A DNA stretch of 64,000 nt from Octopus bimaculoides (lineage: Eukaryota), in NCBI RefSeq assembly GCF_001194135.2, contig NC_068981.1:187549840-187613839 (forward strand), in the 5' to 3' direction. The notes under the pieces are model-generated. The model saw only the letters and a list, made by a program, of their open reading frames with translations, did no database searches and was not told the origin of the DNA. This document shows, piece after piece, positions 26,509-41,364 of this stretch. The position numbers were made by a program, and so were the translations under genes. Positions within the stretch are counted from its first letter, which is position 1. Each line of letters starts with the position of its first letter.

Positions 26509-28867
26509 CACACACACAACCACCCAAACACACACACACACACACACACAAACTAATAAACAACTAGCTATTAAGTTGGGAAAATTATCAGAAAATCCAT
26601 TTCTTTTCATTTTTTTAAATATATAATTCTGTACCAAGGACTTTCTATTTCCTATTCTACTGTGTAATATATATACATATATATATAATTCTATGATTAA
26701 TTTATGATTATAAAATTGAGAGCACACGAGGTGCCACCATTGCTGGTTATCAGGTACAACAGAACAAGTAAAGTTTTTAATCCTAGGAATGTAGTGAGAC
26801 CTGTTGATGAGAATAAGGGAAGTTATCTTTCAAAATTCGAAATCAATTGATCCAGGTATGTCTATCGCCCCATTCTGCAGCTTTATGCTGACATGGTACG
26901 TTAAATTCTTTGCTTATTGCTCGATTTCTGTTGTGCCTTTTGTATTTCCAGTGAAATGGTGGTTTATTAGAGGATTTTCCGACTCTGAATTTTCCAGCAA
27001 TGCAAGCATCTCGTGTGCCCTGAATTATAATTATAAATTAATTATAAAATGTTGGAGTTGCCATTTTATCGGCTTTTTGCTTACTGGCCGCTTATATTAT
27101 TATTGTTATTTTACTGATAATAATTAACAATAATAATATATATAAGTATTCTTTGAATATTTATTCATTTATGAAATATATATATACGACAGTTTTCTTC
27201 TATTTTCCATCTACCAAATCCACTACGAAGGCTCTGATCAGTCCGAGGCTGTATTAGAAGACGCTTGAGGCACCACGCAGTGGGATTGAACACACAACAA
27301 TATGGTTGGGAAATAAACATTTTGCCACATAACTACGCCTACACTTTTTATGTCTCTTCTTTCTCGTTACTCGATTTCAAAGTCAAAATCCTAAAACCAC
27401 CAAGTATTATCAAGAAATGATTATCTCCCTTGCAGGAAGCATCCCGTATTTGAAATAATTTTATGTAGCGCAGTTTTACTTCTTTATTCTGTTCAGATTT
27501 CAAATCTCACCGAGATTTATTTTTCCTTTCATCTTTTAGGGGTTCATAAATTAAGTAGCATTCAAATGCTGGGATTGAATGAATCTACCTTACCCCGCAA
27601 AAGGGGATAATGTACTTATTAAAAAAAGAAGAAAGCAACCCGATCCAGTTGATAACGAAACTTTTAAGGCTGAATTGCCCCAAATGCATAGTGTCTGGGT
27701 TATGTAGTGTCTGATTTCGTTATATTCATGGCATATTACAACTCTTATATATCAGAAACATGTCTTGTCTTTTTTAAATCGTTCTGTCAGAGGATTAAGG
27801 GTCCATCACGCTTTCAGGACCTCTGAAGCTGGTGGGAGATGTGAAAAAGATATGGCCTGAATGCTTCGAACAGGGGAACTCTGTTAAAGACATCAATGTA
27901 TCGGCGGGTAAAGGAGGGAGATTTATTGAACGAGCGACAAAGTAAATCTACTCACCAGAAAAGAAAAGTTATATTAGAAGTAAAATTTTCTGAAAATGTT
28001 ACATTAGGAAAGAAAAAAGCAACAACAAAAACAAAACAATAACAAAATAAAAACAAACAAAAAGAACGAAGTAATAAATATGTATATTTAAGGATATTGG
28101 ATAATTTCTATGGCTGTATTTATATGAGGAATCATCAAAGATGGAAGCTGTAAAACAGATTTATTACGGCAGGTATTCGTTGAAAATGTAGTCAAAATAG
28201 ATGAATTACTAATGATGCGTTAAATATAGAATGTTTTGGCACAGTTTATCTCTAAATGAATTATTTATTCAGAAAAAAAAGAACTAAGCAAGTTATTCAC
28301 AGTATTCATAATATTCCAAACACATACACTTCCACAAACATACTCACATACATTTGCACAGACATACACACATGCACATAGATGTCCATATCTATTTCAA
28401 ATTGTCTCGTACAACTTTACAAGGACATCACAATCCATCAACACGTGGCCTCTGATTATTCTGTCTCTTTCACTATACACTACAACCGCAACTCCTTCCC
28501 TCAATGCGTTAACCATTTACAACAGAACAATTCTGTATCATAGACGCAAGCATGACTATGTAGTTTAACAATTCACTTTGCAACCACGTGATTTCAGTTC
28601 CGTTCCCACTGCGCATTCCCACTCCTCTTTTATAGCATCAAGCCGACCACTGCTTTGTAAATGAATTTAGTAGACAGAAGTTGTGTGGAAGCGCACCGTG
28701 TATATGTATATATATATGTACATATTATAATTAAGGGCAACTAAATTTTAATAATAATTATTACCTAAAAGGTTTTTATTCCCATGCTAGCTACTTGATA
28801 TGATCGGTATTTAAAAAAACGATCATATCCTTATTGATATAAATTTATATATATATACATATATAAA

Positions 28868-29630
28868 CGGTGTGCGATGGGTAGATTGTCGCCATTTTAT
28901 ATTTTTAATTTCGCGCATCTGCATTGTTTGCTTTTGCTTTTGTCGACTACACAGTTTAGTAGGGTCAGTTGGGCACCGTCTGTGAGAAAAACACCATGAC
29001 ACAATTCACTCTGCCAGAAATTTGGAAACGACATACTGTACTGCTTGGTATTCGCGCTGGAAGCTCCAACACGAACATTTCTGAGTGTTCGGGTGTCAAT
29101 CTGAGTGTTTGCCGTGCCCCCAAAACATGTACCGAAAGTGATTAAAATCAAACATCCAGTCAACATCATGGTGTTTGAAGTGATCACTAGTGATCGCGAT
29201 GTTATGCCTCTGTTCATCTTCCCACACGTCGTCAAACTCAACACGGAAGCCTACATCAAGTGCCTGCGACCACATCACCCCTAACATCTGGCCATCTAAC
29301 TCCCAGACTGCAACCCCCGTGATTATTTTGTGTGGGGCGCAGTTGAGTAAGAGACCTACAAAACTCCTTGTAACACCAAAGATGAACTGAAGGCAAGGAT
29401 TATGGCAGCATTCACCAACTTAAACAAGGAGACCGTCCAGAAGAGTTGCAGGAGATTCCGATGTCGTCTGAAGGCCGTAGTTGAAGCCAATGGCAATTTT
29501 ATTGAATAAATTTACTCTTTAGTATTTCAAGATATTTTTATGTAATTTTGGTAAATATATCTCTTAAAATGAGATGTCAGTGTTGTTTTCATTTTTGCGT
29601 AATTTACACAATTTATTCACCCACATATTA
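28868..29630 (+). mobile_element. Internally deleted DD37D-type mariner derivative
   Basis: ATG at 28996 (MTQFTLPEIWKRH...), then KHPVNIMVFEVITSD...LNTEAYIKCL, then TPNIWPSNS(P)DCNPRDY...GNFIE* (stop 29507-29509). The segments holding the first and second catalytic D are missing. The right TIR is degenerate. Confidence 0.82.
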
Positions 29631-29867
29631 CATCTCAATATAATATGAAACTTCATAGCATATTGATTTGAATATCTCTGAATACACTGATGTCTATACG
29701 TCAATTTATCCATTTTGTTCTTTTTCTCATTCATAAATATTTTAAGTACCAATATACATCAATGCAAAACTAAAGTATTTAGTTTTCACTAAACACTGGT
29801 ATAAACCGGAGAACTAAGATACAAACACCCCTTAAAGGATTTTAGGTTCTTGGCATGATCTTATATA

Positions 29868-29922
<55 letters not shown>

Positions 29923-29930
29923 AATAAATA

Positions 29931-30148
29931 GGCGCAGGAGTGAATATGTGTGGTAAGTAGCTTGCTTACCAGCCACATGGTTCCGAGTTTAGTCCCATTG
30001 CGTGGTACCTTGGGCAAGTGGCTTCTACTATAGCCTTGGGCCGACCAAAGCCTTGTGAGTGGATTTGATAGACAGAAACTGAGAGAAGCCTGTCGTGTAT
30101 ATATATTTATATATATATATATACATATATATATATGTATGTATGTGT

Positions 30149-30179
<31 letters not shown>

Positions 30180-30412
30180 CGCGTGTGCGCGTGTGCGCGT
30201 GTGTATGATTCTGTATTTGTCCTCTAGCACCGTTTGACTACTAGTATTGGTTTGCTCACATCCCTGTAACCGAAGGGTTGGGCAAAATAACCTAATAGAA
30301 TAAGTAACAAACCTGAAAGTAATAAGCACTAGGGATCGATCTGTTTGACCAAAATGCTTCAAGGTTGTGCTCCAGCATGGTCGCAGTCCAAATGATTGAA
30401 ACAAGTTAAAAA
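29931..30412 (+). mobile_element. SINE family S1, full length
   Basis: Same head and tail as 7456-7860 with a longer central TA/TG/CG microsatellite. Confidence 0.85.
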
Positions 30413-30482
30413 GGGAAGGTAAAAGAGATCTTTACACGTCATTTGTACATCGTCGACTTTGGAAATATTTCTATCAGTTTAA

Positions 30483-30890
30483 GGCGGCGAGATGGCAGAA
30501 ACATTAGCACACCGGGCGAAATGATTAGCGGTATTTCGTCTGCCATTACGTTCTGAGTTCAAATTCCGCCGATGTCGACTTTGCCTTTCATCCTTTCGGG
30601 GGTTGATAAATTAAGTACCAGCTACGCACAGGGGTTGATGTAATCGACTTAATCCCTTTGTCTGTCCTTGTTTGTTTCCCTTTGTGTTTAGCCCCTTGTG
30701 GGCAATAAAGAAATAAGAAATGTTAGCACGCCGAGCGAAATATCTAGCGGTATTTCGTCTGTCCTTATGTTCTGAGTTCAGATCCCACCGAGGTCGACTT
30801 TACCTTTCATCCTTTCGTGGTCGATTGAATTAAGTACCAGTTGTGTACTGGGGTCGATGTAATCGACTAGCTCCTCCCCCAAAATTTCTA
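30483..30890 (+). mobile_element. Two tandem SINEs, family S2 (ggcggcgagctggcagaa head)
   Basis: Copy 1 (~30483-30720) has tail type A (ttaatccc...gccccttgtgggcaataaag). Copy 2 (~30721-30890) has tail type B (ctcctcccccaaaattt). Other S2 copies lie at ~10640-10795, 25759-25950, 25960-26160(-), 33560-33750(-), 34325-34570, 34675-34830(-), 42865-43010 and 53695-53895. Confidence 0.85.
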
Positions 30891-31727
30891 GCAATTTGCC
30901 TTACCTCATCACACATTTGTTACTCTTGTTCATTGCGTGGTGAAGGATGTGCACCGTAAGATTAATTTGTACATAACATCTATGCCAAGAGGACATTTTT
31001 AGTAGCTGGCTCTTTGACTAACAATTTACTAATATACACACACATTCAAATTAAACTCCACCTGAACTGGACGATATTTATAAGTCTTGGTCATTTATTC
31101 CCGGTGCAATTAAAACCATTAAAGGCTACTGTACATTACTCTCAATAAATCTAATTTTCTTACACATTAAATGAAAAGAAGTTGACAACATGAAAAATAA
31201 AATCGAGTTAAGAGAGCCATGGAAAATAAATTCTTGAGGTGTTATTGTTCGTCTGGCATCAAAGTATCATATAACTCCTCAAGACTAATTTGGACTAATT
31301 TAAGTCTCGTGTTGCTTCTCACTCAGATGATACAGATTTATACTCCAGAGTCTTCTCTTACCATTAGTTAAACTACATCTTACATTATTGTTGTTATAGA
31401 AATGCATTTGCACTGCTTTTGTTGTCGTTAGCTATTGGTTCCATTTTCTTTTTTTATCGCGATGACATTTTATTTCATTTCATACTTTACTCGTCCTTAC
31501 CTTGTTCTCAGATGTCCTGATATTATTTCTCTAGTCTAGACTTCTTTCGGATATAGAAACTACTCCAGTAACATATTAAACCTCAGTAACATATTTCTGC
31601 AATTTGTCTCGAACGAATAAATAACAAAATCGGATTTTACGTGGAAAATACCGAATCTCACAATATGAGACAGCAACAGGAAAGACCGTACAAAAGTAAA
31701 GAGGCAGACAGCTATAAGACATCACAA

Positions 31728-31849
<122 letters not shown>

Positions 31850-32339
31850 ACAAACGTACATACAGGTAATCACGAGTTTAAAATGGTGTATAGTAGACAT
31901 ATGTATGCACGTAGGACTTTATGTATATGCATGTGTGTGTGTCTGTGTGCGAGTGTTTCTTTGCGATGGACAGCAGAAAAGCTACCTACCCATCTCTCCT
32001 TAAAGCAACGTATTCCTCACACCCACCTTTTCCCCTTCCTAGGCGTTTAAAAAGTTACTTATGTGTACTTGTGTGTGTGTGTGTGTGTGCATACGCCTAT
32101 GTATTTACGAAATTGTGTATTCAGCGTCGCGTGTATATGACAGCTGTATTAGCGTAATCACCTCATTGCCACTCCATATTTGTCACTTCGACAACGCTGT
32201 TCTCTCCTTACCTGATATCAGTATCCCTCACTGTCACCATTTTTCCTTCACGCTGCTCTTTGAATCCTCATTTTATCATATAATTCACCCAACACCCCTA
32301 GAACGCACAGTATAGATTTTTATTGGAATTCAATTGCCA

Positions 32340-32460
32340 TGTTATTGAACTGGATTTTAGTTTAACATGTATGCAAAATTTAATGAAGATTGGTTCACTC
32401 GTGTAGGCAGCAAATTGGTAACAGACAGACAGTAATTGCCATTTATAAATAAATAAATAA
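32340..32460 (-). mobile_element. Possible non-autonomous Helitron 5' fragment
   Basis: Minus strand tataaatggcaattactgtctgtctg...gaaccaatcttcattaaattttgcatacatg resembles the gaaccgatcttgatgaaatttggca motif of invertebrate non-autonomous Helitrons. Confidence 0.35.
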
Positions 32461-32574
32461 ATAAATGATGAAATATCCTTCTTCCTAGTTCTCCTGTTCA
32501 ACTAGCTTTTTCCAACCAGTCGCCATGATTGGCCGCTAAATGCTAAATTCACAAGTTTTTTAAAAAATTCTCTG

Positions 32575-32713
32575 TTTATTTCCTCGTGTTCCTTTCTATT
32601 GAAGAGCGTAGGGTCGAAACTTAAAACTTTCTCACCTTCCCGAGCGTCAAACTATTACAACTGCTTGTTGTTTATACACCTGTCTTCATCTTTTGTTTTA
32701 CTGTAAATTTCAA

Positions 32714-32716
<3 letters not shown>
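32575..32716 (+). mobile_element. PLE-terminus-like repeat with a decayed hammerhead-like motif
   Basis: CCTTT CTATTGA A GAGC GTAG GGTC GAAAC TT AAAAC at 32591-32627 has the same layout as 19335-19370, with core and stem mutations; ends in (TA)n. Confidence 0.4.
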
Positions 32717-32751
<35 letters not shown>

Positions 32752-32843
32752 NNNNNNNNNNNNNNNNNNNNNNNNNNNNNNNNNNNNNNNNNNNNNNNNN
32801 NNNNNNNNNNNNNNNNNNNNNNNNNNNNNNNNNNNNNNNNNNN

Positions 32844-32879
<36 letters not shown>

Positions 32880-35036
32880 TTATGTATATATCTATACATA
32901 GTACATTGCTCTATGTCAAACAAATGAAAGAGGAGTGCTCAATACATGATGTGTGTGTGTGTGTTATTCAGTTATTTCTTATACCACTTTTAAAACATTC
33001 ATGTAATATCGGTTAAAATGTAATTGAATGTTTGCATTACACAGCTGGTTTGTAATCATAATTATCAAATTACATGAAATAACTAATTTGAAGTGGAATT
33101 TATTTGAAGAAATGATTTTATAGAAACAGCGTGTCTGCAGCAGACACAATCACAGACAGTTTGGCAGAAAAAGACAACCAGACCCGACCAGACTAGACTT
33201 AAGTCGACCAGAGCAAATAGTTCAGTTCTATGTTTGCAATAATTTATAATGATATGAACGTATCAGCCACTGAGACAATGTTCATAAGAAAAATAATTAA
33301 AAAATATAGCAGAGGTAACAAATGCTGATTACATTAGTGCTTTTGAAAGGATTAAAACCTCCAATGAGGATCTGAAGTCCTGGACTACAAGGTGTGTTCC
33401 AGTATGCCAGATCATGGACCTGCAACTGGAAGGTTTCTCTTCCAAAGCGCAATATATGGAAATTTTTTTATTAGGAAGGCCAAAAGTTACCCATGAATTC
33501 AAGTTTTTCTCTTATTCTCTACGCTTCTAATATTGCTTAAGGAAAAGATAATAGTTGATACTACTTATCACCCCCAGGTGTCGTGGTTGGCTTTGTTGGT
33601 GCACAGAGCCGGAACAGACATCGCAACACATCCAATCCGATACTGTAACGATTCCACTAGTACAAAACTTAGGACACCTTTATTAATCGACCTCGAAAGA
33701 ATGAAAGACATGATTGACCTCGGTGTAATTTGAAACCAGAAAACACATTTAGAATGAGTCCCACGAGTAATTTTATTCTACACTGTAACCACTCATCCGG
33801 TACGTCGCTCTACTTGTATTACTGTATTGAAAACAGATTTAATGATGTTGTTCACATCCCGACTTTCACACACTTTCAGTTACTGAAATCAATATATTTG
33901 CAATTCGTATTGAAACCTAGATTTCACTTATCTTGATTTCTATCTTTGTAATAAGGTCACACATATATAGGGGAAATGAATGTAATTTTATGGCATTCCA
34001 ACATGTTTTGAAGGCCATTAGCAACGTAACTGAATTGAAATAACTTCGAATCAGAAATCGAAGTCAGCGTTACTTAGTTTACCTTTAGGTTGTATGCCAA
34101 TATTAGTTAGATTTTTGTCTGGTTATAAATGGTTTGTGTTTTGGCAGATGGAATGAAGTAAGATTTTAAGAAGTTCATTTCTTTTCCGAGAGTATTTATG
34201 AATGGAGTAATGTGAAATAGTTGACTGCAACCGGGATTGAAACTACTTCCGAATTCCAGCGAGAAACGAATTTACGTTTACTTACCGGCATTTTCTAATA
34301 TTGCTGTCGTTTCGTATATTTCTTTCGTTATTACCCACAAGGGGCTAAACATAGAGGGGAAAAACAAGGATATACAAAAGGATTAAGTCGATTACATCGA
34401 CCCCAGTGCGGTGTTTCGTCCGTCTTTACGTTCTGAGTTTAAATTTCCCTGAGGTCGACTTTGCCTTTCATCCTTTCGGGGTCGATAAATTAAGTACCAG
34501 TTACATACTGGAGTCGATCTAATCGACTGGCTTCCTCCCCCAAAATTTCAGGCCTTGCGCCTAGAGTAGCAAAGAATATTATATCTATTTCAGTCTTAGC
34601 TTTTATTTGAGATAAAGTTTCCCCGAGATGCATATACTTACACCCCCACGCAATGTATCATACCTAATAACCCTTTCTATTATAGGTACAAGGCCTGAAA
34701 TTTTGGGGGAGGAGGCCAGTCGATTAGCTCGACACCAGTACACAACTGGCACTTAATCTATCGATCCCGAAAGGATGAAAGGCAAAATCAACCTCGGCAG
34801 AAATTGAACTCAGAACGTAGCGACGTGCGAAATAGCGCTATATCATAGGTTTTATTTAAAATATTATGTTTTAATTCAGATACACATCTTCAGTGACTGA
34901 CTAGAATAACCTCATCATAGATGAAAGAAATTGACAAAGTCCCTTATTTATCTGTCATACACACACACACACACACACACACACATTAAACTATATAATA
35001 AAATGGAAAAACTTTTATCGATAGCTATTAACTACA

Positions 35037-35199
35037 GGCACAGGCGTGGGTATGTGGTAAGTAATTTGTTTCGCAACCACATGGTTCTGGGTTCAATTCT
35101 GTTGTGTGATACCTTGAGCAAGTGTCTTCTACTATAACCTCGGGCCGACCAAAACTTGTGAGTGGATTTGATAGACGGAAACTGAAAAGAGCCCGTCAT

Positions 35200-35237
<38 letters not shown>

Positions 35238-35362
35238 GTATGTGTATGTGTGTGAGTGTGTGTCTTTTGTCCCCACCAACCGCTTGACAACCAGTATTGA
35301 TGTGTGTAATTCATTCAACTAAAAATTCTGGCCACAGTCTAATAACTGAAACAAGTAAAAGA
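35037..35362 (+). mobile_element. SINE family S1 (3' half partly deleted)
   Basis: S1 head, central CA/TA/TG tract and gaaacaagtaaaag tail. Confidence 0.8.
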
Positions 35363-36500
35363 TATAAGATACCTAGAATTGCACTGCATAGATTCACTAC
35401 TAATCTGTATCTTCAGTTTATTTCTTCTACCTACACTGCAGTAATAACTGCTTCTCTAAAATTTAACTTATTGGGTAAATACCACATCGAAGTGAAGCAG
35501 CCCGACACACCGCCTCGTAGCTTACTTGTTTTACCTTTAAACCCCAAAGGAAATAACTTGGTAACTTTTCTTTTAGTACATCCTACTTGAGTTTTCTTCT
35601 CGGTATTGGCATACAACACTCCAAAACATAACATGTCTTCTTTTCATGCGATCATATGTTTACTCTAGACCTGAAATGTATAGCTCCTTCACTACAGACT
35701 TGGAATAATCTACCCAATTTTATACTCTGTAGGTAAACCAATCATTGTTACGTTAAATGGTGATTAAGAGATATATTTAAGTTTAAACTCAATGAAAGTA
35801 CAATGAAAGTACAAGGGTTAATTTGTTTCCCCGATTACTCTCTGTTCGTATAAAAGTTTTGAGTGAAAAATGTAGGGCAAAATAGCTGTATTAACCTTCT
35901 CTACTTGATAAAAAAATATATTCATTTAGCACCTCATACAACATGTCAAATGTGTACAGTTCTAGAAAAGGATAATCGTTATTAAACAAAGTTAATTAAG
36001 AAAATATACGAAGAAGCAAAAAAAAAAAAAAAAAAAAAAGAAACACTAGAAATCAAAAAACAAAACTGTTCTCTTAACATTTTATTAATTTCTTAACGAA
36101 AGATTTATAGAAGGAAATCTAAAAGCAACAGGATATACATCTTAATTAGCTAATGTTTAAAGTTCATTTCCAGGCGATAATTTTCTTTTTAACATGTAGA
36201 TAACATTCACGCAAGGGCACAATGCATTTGCAGCTGGTAAATCAGCTTAATTTAGCAAACTGCACAACTAATGTTTTGCATAAAATAACAGTTATATCCA
36301 TAGAATCTTTCTTCACCTTTACACACGTTATCATCAGAGATAATCGAACGCTTTCCCAGGGGATATTGCATTAAACACATACACCGCACGCACACATTAT
36401 ATACGAGATAACAATTTACAAACTCCGAGAGGCACGAAATAAATCGTTTTTAACGAAATAAATCATTTTTAACGGTGGGGTGTGAAGCTACGAATAATGG

Positions 36501-36888
36501 TTGGCACTCCGTCGGTTACGACGACGACGACGAGGGTTCCAGTTAATCCGATCAATGGAACAGCCTGCTCGTGAAATTAACGTGCAAGTGGCTGAGCACT
36601 CCACAGACACGTGTACGCTTAACGTAGTTCTCGGGGAGATTCATCATGACACAGAGTGTGACAAGGCTGGCCCTTTGAATTACAGGTACAACAGGAATAG
36701 GAAGAAAGAGTGAGAGAAAGTTGTGGTGAAAGAGTACAGCAGGGTTCACCACCATCCCCTGCCGGAGCCATATGGAACTTTAGGTGTTTTCGCTCAATAA
36801 ACACACACAACGCCCGGCCTGGGAATCGAAACCGCGATCCTACGACCGCGAGTCCGCTGCTCTAACCACTGGGCCATTGAGCCTCCAC
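36501..36888 (-). mobile_element. SINE family S3
   Basis: Reverse-complement homologue of 20336-20717; candidate TSD CTACGAATAA/CTATGAATAG. Confidence 0.88.
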
Positions 36889-37049
36889 TATGAATAGTAG
36901 TGTGTAAAGAAATCTGAAGGATTGCTTTGGTACAATATTAGAAAGTCGGTCATGTTTACAAAATATGTAGGTTCAATACCCACGGCAACCTTAGACTTTA
37001 TCTATTCAAGGGTCTTTGTAACTCACTATTTATGCACTATTATTAGTAA

Positions 37050-37692
37050 CTTGGCAGAATCGTTAGCACACCGGGCAAAATGCTTAGCGTTATTTCGTCT
37101 GTCTTTACGTTCTGAGTTCAAATTCCGCCGAGGTCGACTTTGCCTTTCATCCTTTCGGGTTCGATAAATTAAGCACCAGTTGCGTACTGGAGTCGATCTA
37201 ATTGACTGGCACCCTCCCCAAAAATTTCGGGCTTTGTGCATAAAATAGAAAAGGATATTCTCCTGGAACAAGACGGCGTGCTGACAGAAATTATTTCCGT
37301 CTTTACGTTCTGAATTCAAATTCCGCCGAGGTCGACTTTGCCTTTCATCCTTTCGGGGTCGATCGATTAATTAAGTACCAGTTGCGTACTGAGGTCGATC
37401 TAATCGACTGAACACCCCCCTCCCCCAAAATTTCGGGCTTTGTGCCTAGATTAGAAAAGATTATTGGTAACTTTCAAAAGACGGCGAGCTGGCAGAAACG
37501 TTACCGCGCAGAGCAAAATGCTTAGCAAAATTTCGTCTATCTTTACATCCGGAGTTCAAATTCCGCCGAGGTCGACTTTGCCGTTCATCCTTTTGGAATC
37601 GATAAAATAAGTACCAGTTGAGCAGTGAGGTTGACGTTATTGATTTACCCACTCCCCCGAAATTGCTGGTCTTGTGCCACAATTTGAAACCA
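37050..37692 (+). mobile_element. Three head-to-tail S2 SINEs
   Basis: The S2 body is repeated at ~37050, ~37273 (internally deleted) and ~37481. Confidence 0.85.
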
Positions 37693-37983
37693 TTGTAGCT
37701 TAATCTACTTCACGCCCCACCATTAAAAAATGATATATATATATATATATGCTCTTGACCCCAGACAGAAGATAAACTCTGTACTTCAAATTTTTATAAA
37801 ATTTTACTGACATTTGATAAGATGAGATTCATCGAAACCAGTAATGTCTTCTTTATATAAATTTTAAAATCATTTTTATTAAATTCCTTCTTAAACTGAA
37901 ATGTCTTAGACTTACTTCAGTGTTATTTTTACCTCCATCTTTTATATATAAATATTTAATTTGTATAGATCTGTAATCTATTT

Positions 37984-38021
<38 letters not shown>

Positions 38022-38059
38022 GATTGGTACGGAAGACGGAGTGTGACTAGAAGCTTTAT

Positions 38060-38440
38060 TTAGCATGCGTGGTTGTGTAGTAAGAATCTTGCTTCTCAAC
38101 TACAGAATTCCGGGGTTGGTCCCACTGCGTGGCTCCTTGGGAAAGTATCCTCTGCTATAGCTTCGGGACGACCAAAGCCTTGTGAGTGGGTCTGACTGAT
38201 GGAAACTGAAAGAAGCCTGTCTTATATATATATATATCTTCATATATATATATATATGTTTGTGTATGTGTTTTTCTCCCACCACCGCTTGACATCCGTT
38301 GTTGGCCTGCTTGCATTCCCGTAAATTAGCGATTCATCAGAAGGAAACCGATGGAGTAAGTACCAGGCTAAAAGAAAAGCACTTGTGTTGATTCATTCGA
38401 CTAAAAATTCTTCAAGGCGTTGCTCCAGCACGGCTGTAGT
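38060..38440 (+). mobile_element. SINE family S1
   Basis: S1 head, central (TA)n and conserved 3' half. Confidence 0.75.
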
Positions 38441-38535
38441 GTAATAAACATATGTGTGCGCGTGTGCATGTATGTGTACATGAATGCACACGCATATTTG
38501 TGTATGAATACATTTACGGATGCACGCGAGCATGC

Positions 38536-38599
<64 letters not shown>

Positions 38600-38749
38600 A
38601 TCTATCTATCTATCTATGTATATATGTGTATGTATATGCGTATGTATATATCTGTATATGTGTGTGTGTGATTGTGTGTATATATGTATGCATATGCGCA
38701 CATGTATATGTAGTATGTGCGCGGGTACGTATGTCATTATACGTGTTTT

Positions 38750-39565
38750 TTCTACTCTCTGATTTCTAACTAACACACTAACCTATACAATCACATACGT
38801 CTATTTATAGAAATTTGACATCCTTGTATTCCTGCCCCACTTTAAATTTCACTACTAAAACCCCACCCATACCTTAATGCAGCTCTATCACATCACCCCT
38901 ACTTACATATCTCATATTTATTCACTCTTTATCTTCTCATCTCTTCCTATCCCTCCTCCACTCTTCTCCTCACATTATCTTGACCACCAACTAACACTCC
39001 TTTTCTCACTTCTTTCACTCTTTCTTCCCTTTTTTTCACTCTTTTCACTTTTCCCCTTTTTTTTCTCTTTCTTCCTCTCATTTTCTATTCCTGTTTTCAT
39101 CTCCACATTCTAATGATACACATCTCTCCCCCACATCTATCCACAAATACTACCAAAACATTCTCAAATTTTCATTCACACCACAAGACCCTTTCGAATG
39201 AACGACAGAATTCACGGCTCCATACATTGAAATGACTAAAATGAACTACTATTGGAACTTGCATACCATGTACAGGAAACTGTTTTAACACTTCTATACA
39301 CCACTTTCCTCAAATAATAGAACTGCAACTACAATATCTTTATATATTTTATATTTTATTTCTATCTTCATTCTCTTATTTCCCTCTGTATTTCCTATCT
39401 CCTCCTTTTCCATAATAATTCCTTATTTCGAACTCAAATATTTACCTCTATTCAATCATCTCACATCGTCTCTGATGAAGGGATATCCATAATATCCCAG
39501 AAACAGGTGTAAGGCTATATCTATATACTCCTCACAGCCTTGGCTTTGTTATCTCATTTTGTCTA
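38750..39565 (+). mobile_element. PLE 3' relic / pseudo-LTR (G-poor strand) ending in a hammerhead motif
   Basis: Strongly G-poor + strand; the remnant QIFIHTTRPFRMNDR (~39166-39210) resembles the end of a PLE GIY-YIG ORF. Hammerhead at 39468-39515; ends at (CA)n. The 5' boundary is uncertain. Confidence 0.55.
39468..39515 (+). ncRNA. Type I minimal hammerhead ribozyme motif
   Basis: GUCU CUGAUGA A GGGAUAU CCAUA AUAUCCC A GAAA CAGGUG UA AGGC: 4-bp stem I, intact core, 7-bp stem II and a GUA triplet. Stem III is one substitution from the palindrome ACAGCUGU. Predicted cleavage is after 39511. Confidence 0.68.
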
Positions 39566-39650
<85 letters not shown>

Positions 39651-41364
39651 CACATACATACATACATACATACACACACACATATGCATGTACGGAAACA
39701 CACACAAACACACACACGTACATATATAGCGATGTTTCTTTTAATAGAAAAATAACGTAGCTGAATTAACAGCATATTCAGCTCTAAATGAATATCAGTG
39801 TATTATAAAACAAATAAGTTAATTATTTGTTTTATATAATTACAGAGGAAGTTACATAAAAAATATTATTGAACATTTTCTTTCGATCAGTCATTCTTTC
39901 ATTCGTTTACAATGATTAATGATTGTTCACAGATTTTAATTGCAACAATTCCTAGCTTATATCGATTTCCTTAAGTTTCTCATCCACCATCAATTTATCT
40001 ATTGCATGTGTCCGTGTCCCTTTGAATAGAAATTGATTTTAGAAGGAAGGTATAAGAAATTAATGAGAAAGATTTAAATTTGTTCTATTGTGTGATACAT
40101 ATAGAACAGCTGAAATTAGTTATCTACGCTGATTCTGTTTAAATTTTCTTCTCACCATCATATACCATGCTTTCACTCCGTCTGTAGATGCTATAATGAA
40201 ATACTAATACCATAGTTAATGTCATTATATACAGCCTAACACAAATTGAAAAAAAATTGCTATACAACAAATTTCTTTTCAAAATTGTCAATAAAAATAG
40301 ATGAAAACTGTTTTTTCTTGTTTAGCATTGTGAGAGATCAGAATAATGGGAAAACGTTTCAATCAGAACCATTGTTACAGCTATATTTATTCTTTAACAC
40401 TATTAAACAAAAATATACACTGCTGTTACCACAACCGGCCTGTGTTAGCTCCGTTAGAAATAGCAACCAAATCCTCGCAAACGATATCGTACATTGTAGT
40501 TCCAGTTTACTGGTTCTTAACCGGGATCTTTGGGTGTCCCGTATAAGATTTTGTTATTAAAATTTATCTGCAGTAAATTGGTTATACTTCTACAATACAC
40601 AAAATATTAGAAAAAAAGCTTTTTTAATACAATTCCTAATGATATCTAATTATAAAAATATGTGATTTAAGACACCGATTGACTATGAGGGATAAGAATG
40701 AAACAGGTCCGTAGGTAAAAAAAGGACTGGTTTAGTTATACAAATTTCAGGTTGGCTACGAGTGGAACGGCTTTGATCCTAGGTATATTCGACCAGAGCT
40801 GCTCTGGGAATAAGCAACAACAACAACCACTCCTGTCTCCCTCACCACTCACTACAACTGCTGCCATAACTACAATTACAACTAACACAAACCGGAAGCC
40901 AGTTTCCTTCTATTGCCGAGATTGCTGTAAAACCTCGTCATGGAGAAATTATCTCGATTAAATGTATATCGGTAGGTTTTGAAAGTGAGTTAGGCTGGAA
41001 GTGAAACAACAGCTAGTTGTCCTCTAATTACGATGGTTTACTGTCTTTTTATTCATTATATATATGCTGAAGAGGTTGAAGAGTCACGTGTTATATTTCA
41101 TACAAAATGATTCTCAACTCACTAAGGAAATCGAGGTAGTTTTATCCAACAATGCTAAGTTAATCAATAAGATAATTATGCGTAATGAAGTTTAACTTAA
41201 GACCAGTGAATATATCATTATAGGGAGATTTAAAATAATTCCTTATACCTGGTGGAACAATGCCAAACAACAGGTAAATGTAATTAATATTAATAAATTA
41301 TAGATAATTAGTTATATATCAGGATGTGTGAGAAAGTTTAGAGATCAAGAGCATAATGAATATT

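Noticed and set aside
26760-27030. Protein-like frames on both strands
   Set aside because: Stops interrupt the minus frames and no motif is confidently recognised; possibly very old LINE debris.
31501-31598. Minus-strand segment bounded by TTGCAG and GTAAGG splice-like sites
   Set aside because: All three frames contain stops; it could only be a non-coding exon, which cannot be supported without RNA data.
33310-33530. ~70-codon open frame on + (EVTNADYISAFERIK...)
   Set aside because: Weak acceptor, no homology recognised, and another frame resembles a decayed LINE RT start.
40751-40815. Apparent terminal exon VGYEWNGFDPRYIRPELLWE*
   Set aside because: The nucleotides match a common (AAC)n-ending SINE tail, also seen near 8635-8705 and 63335-63395.
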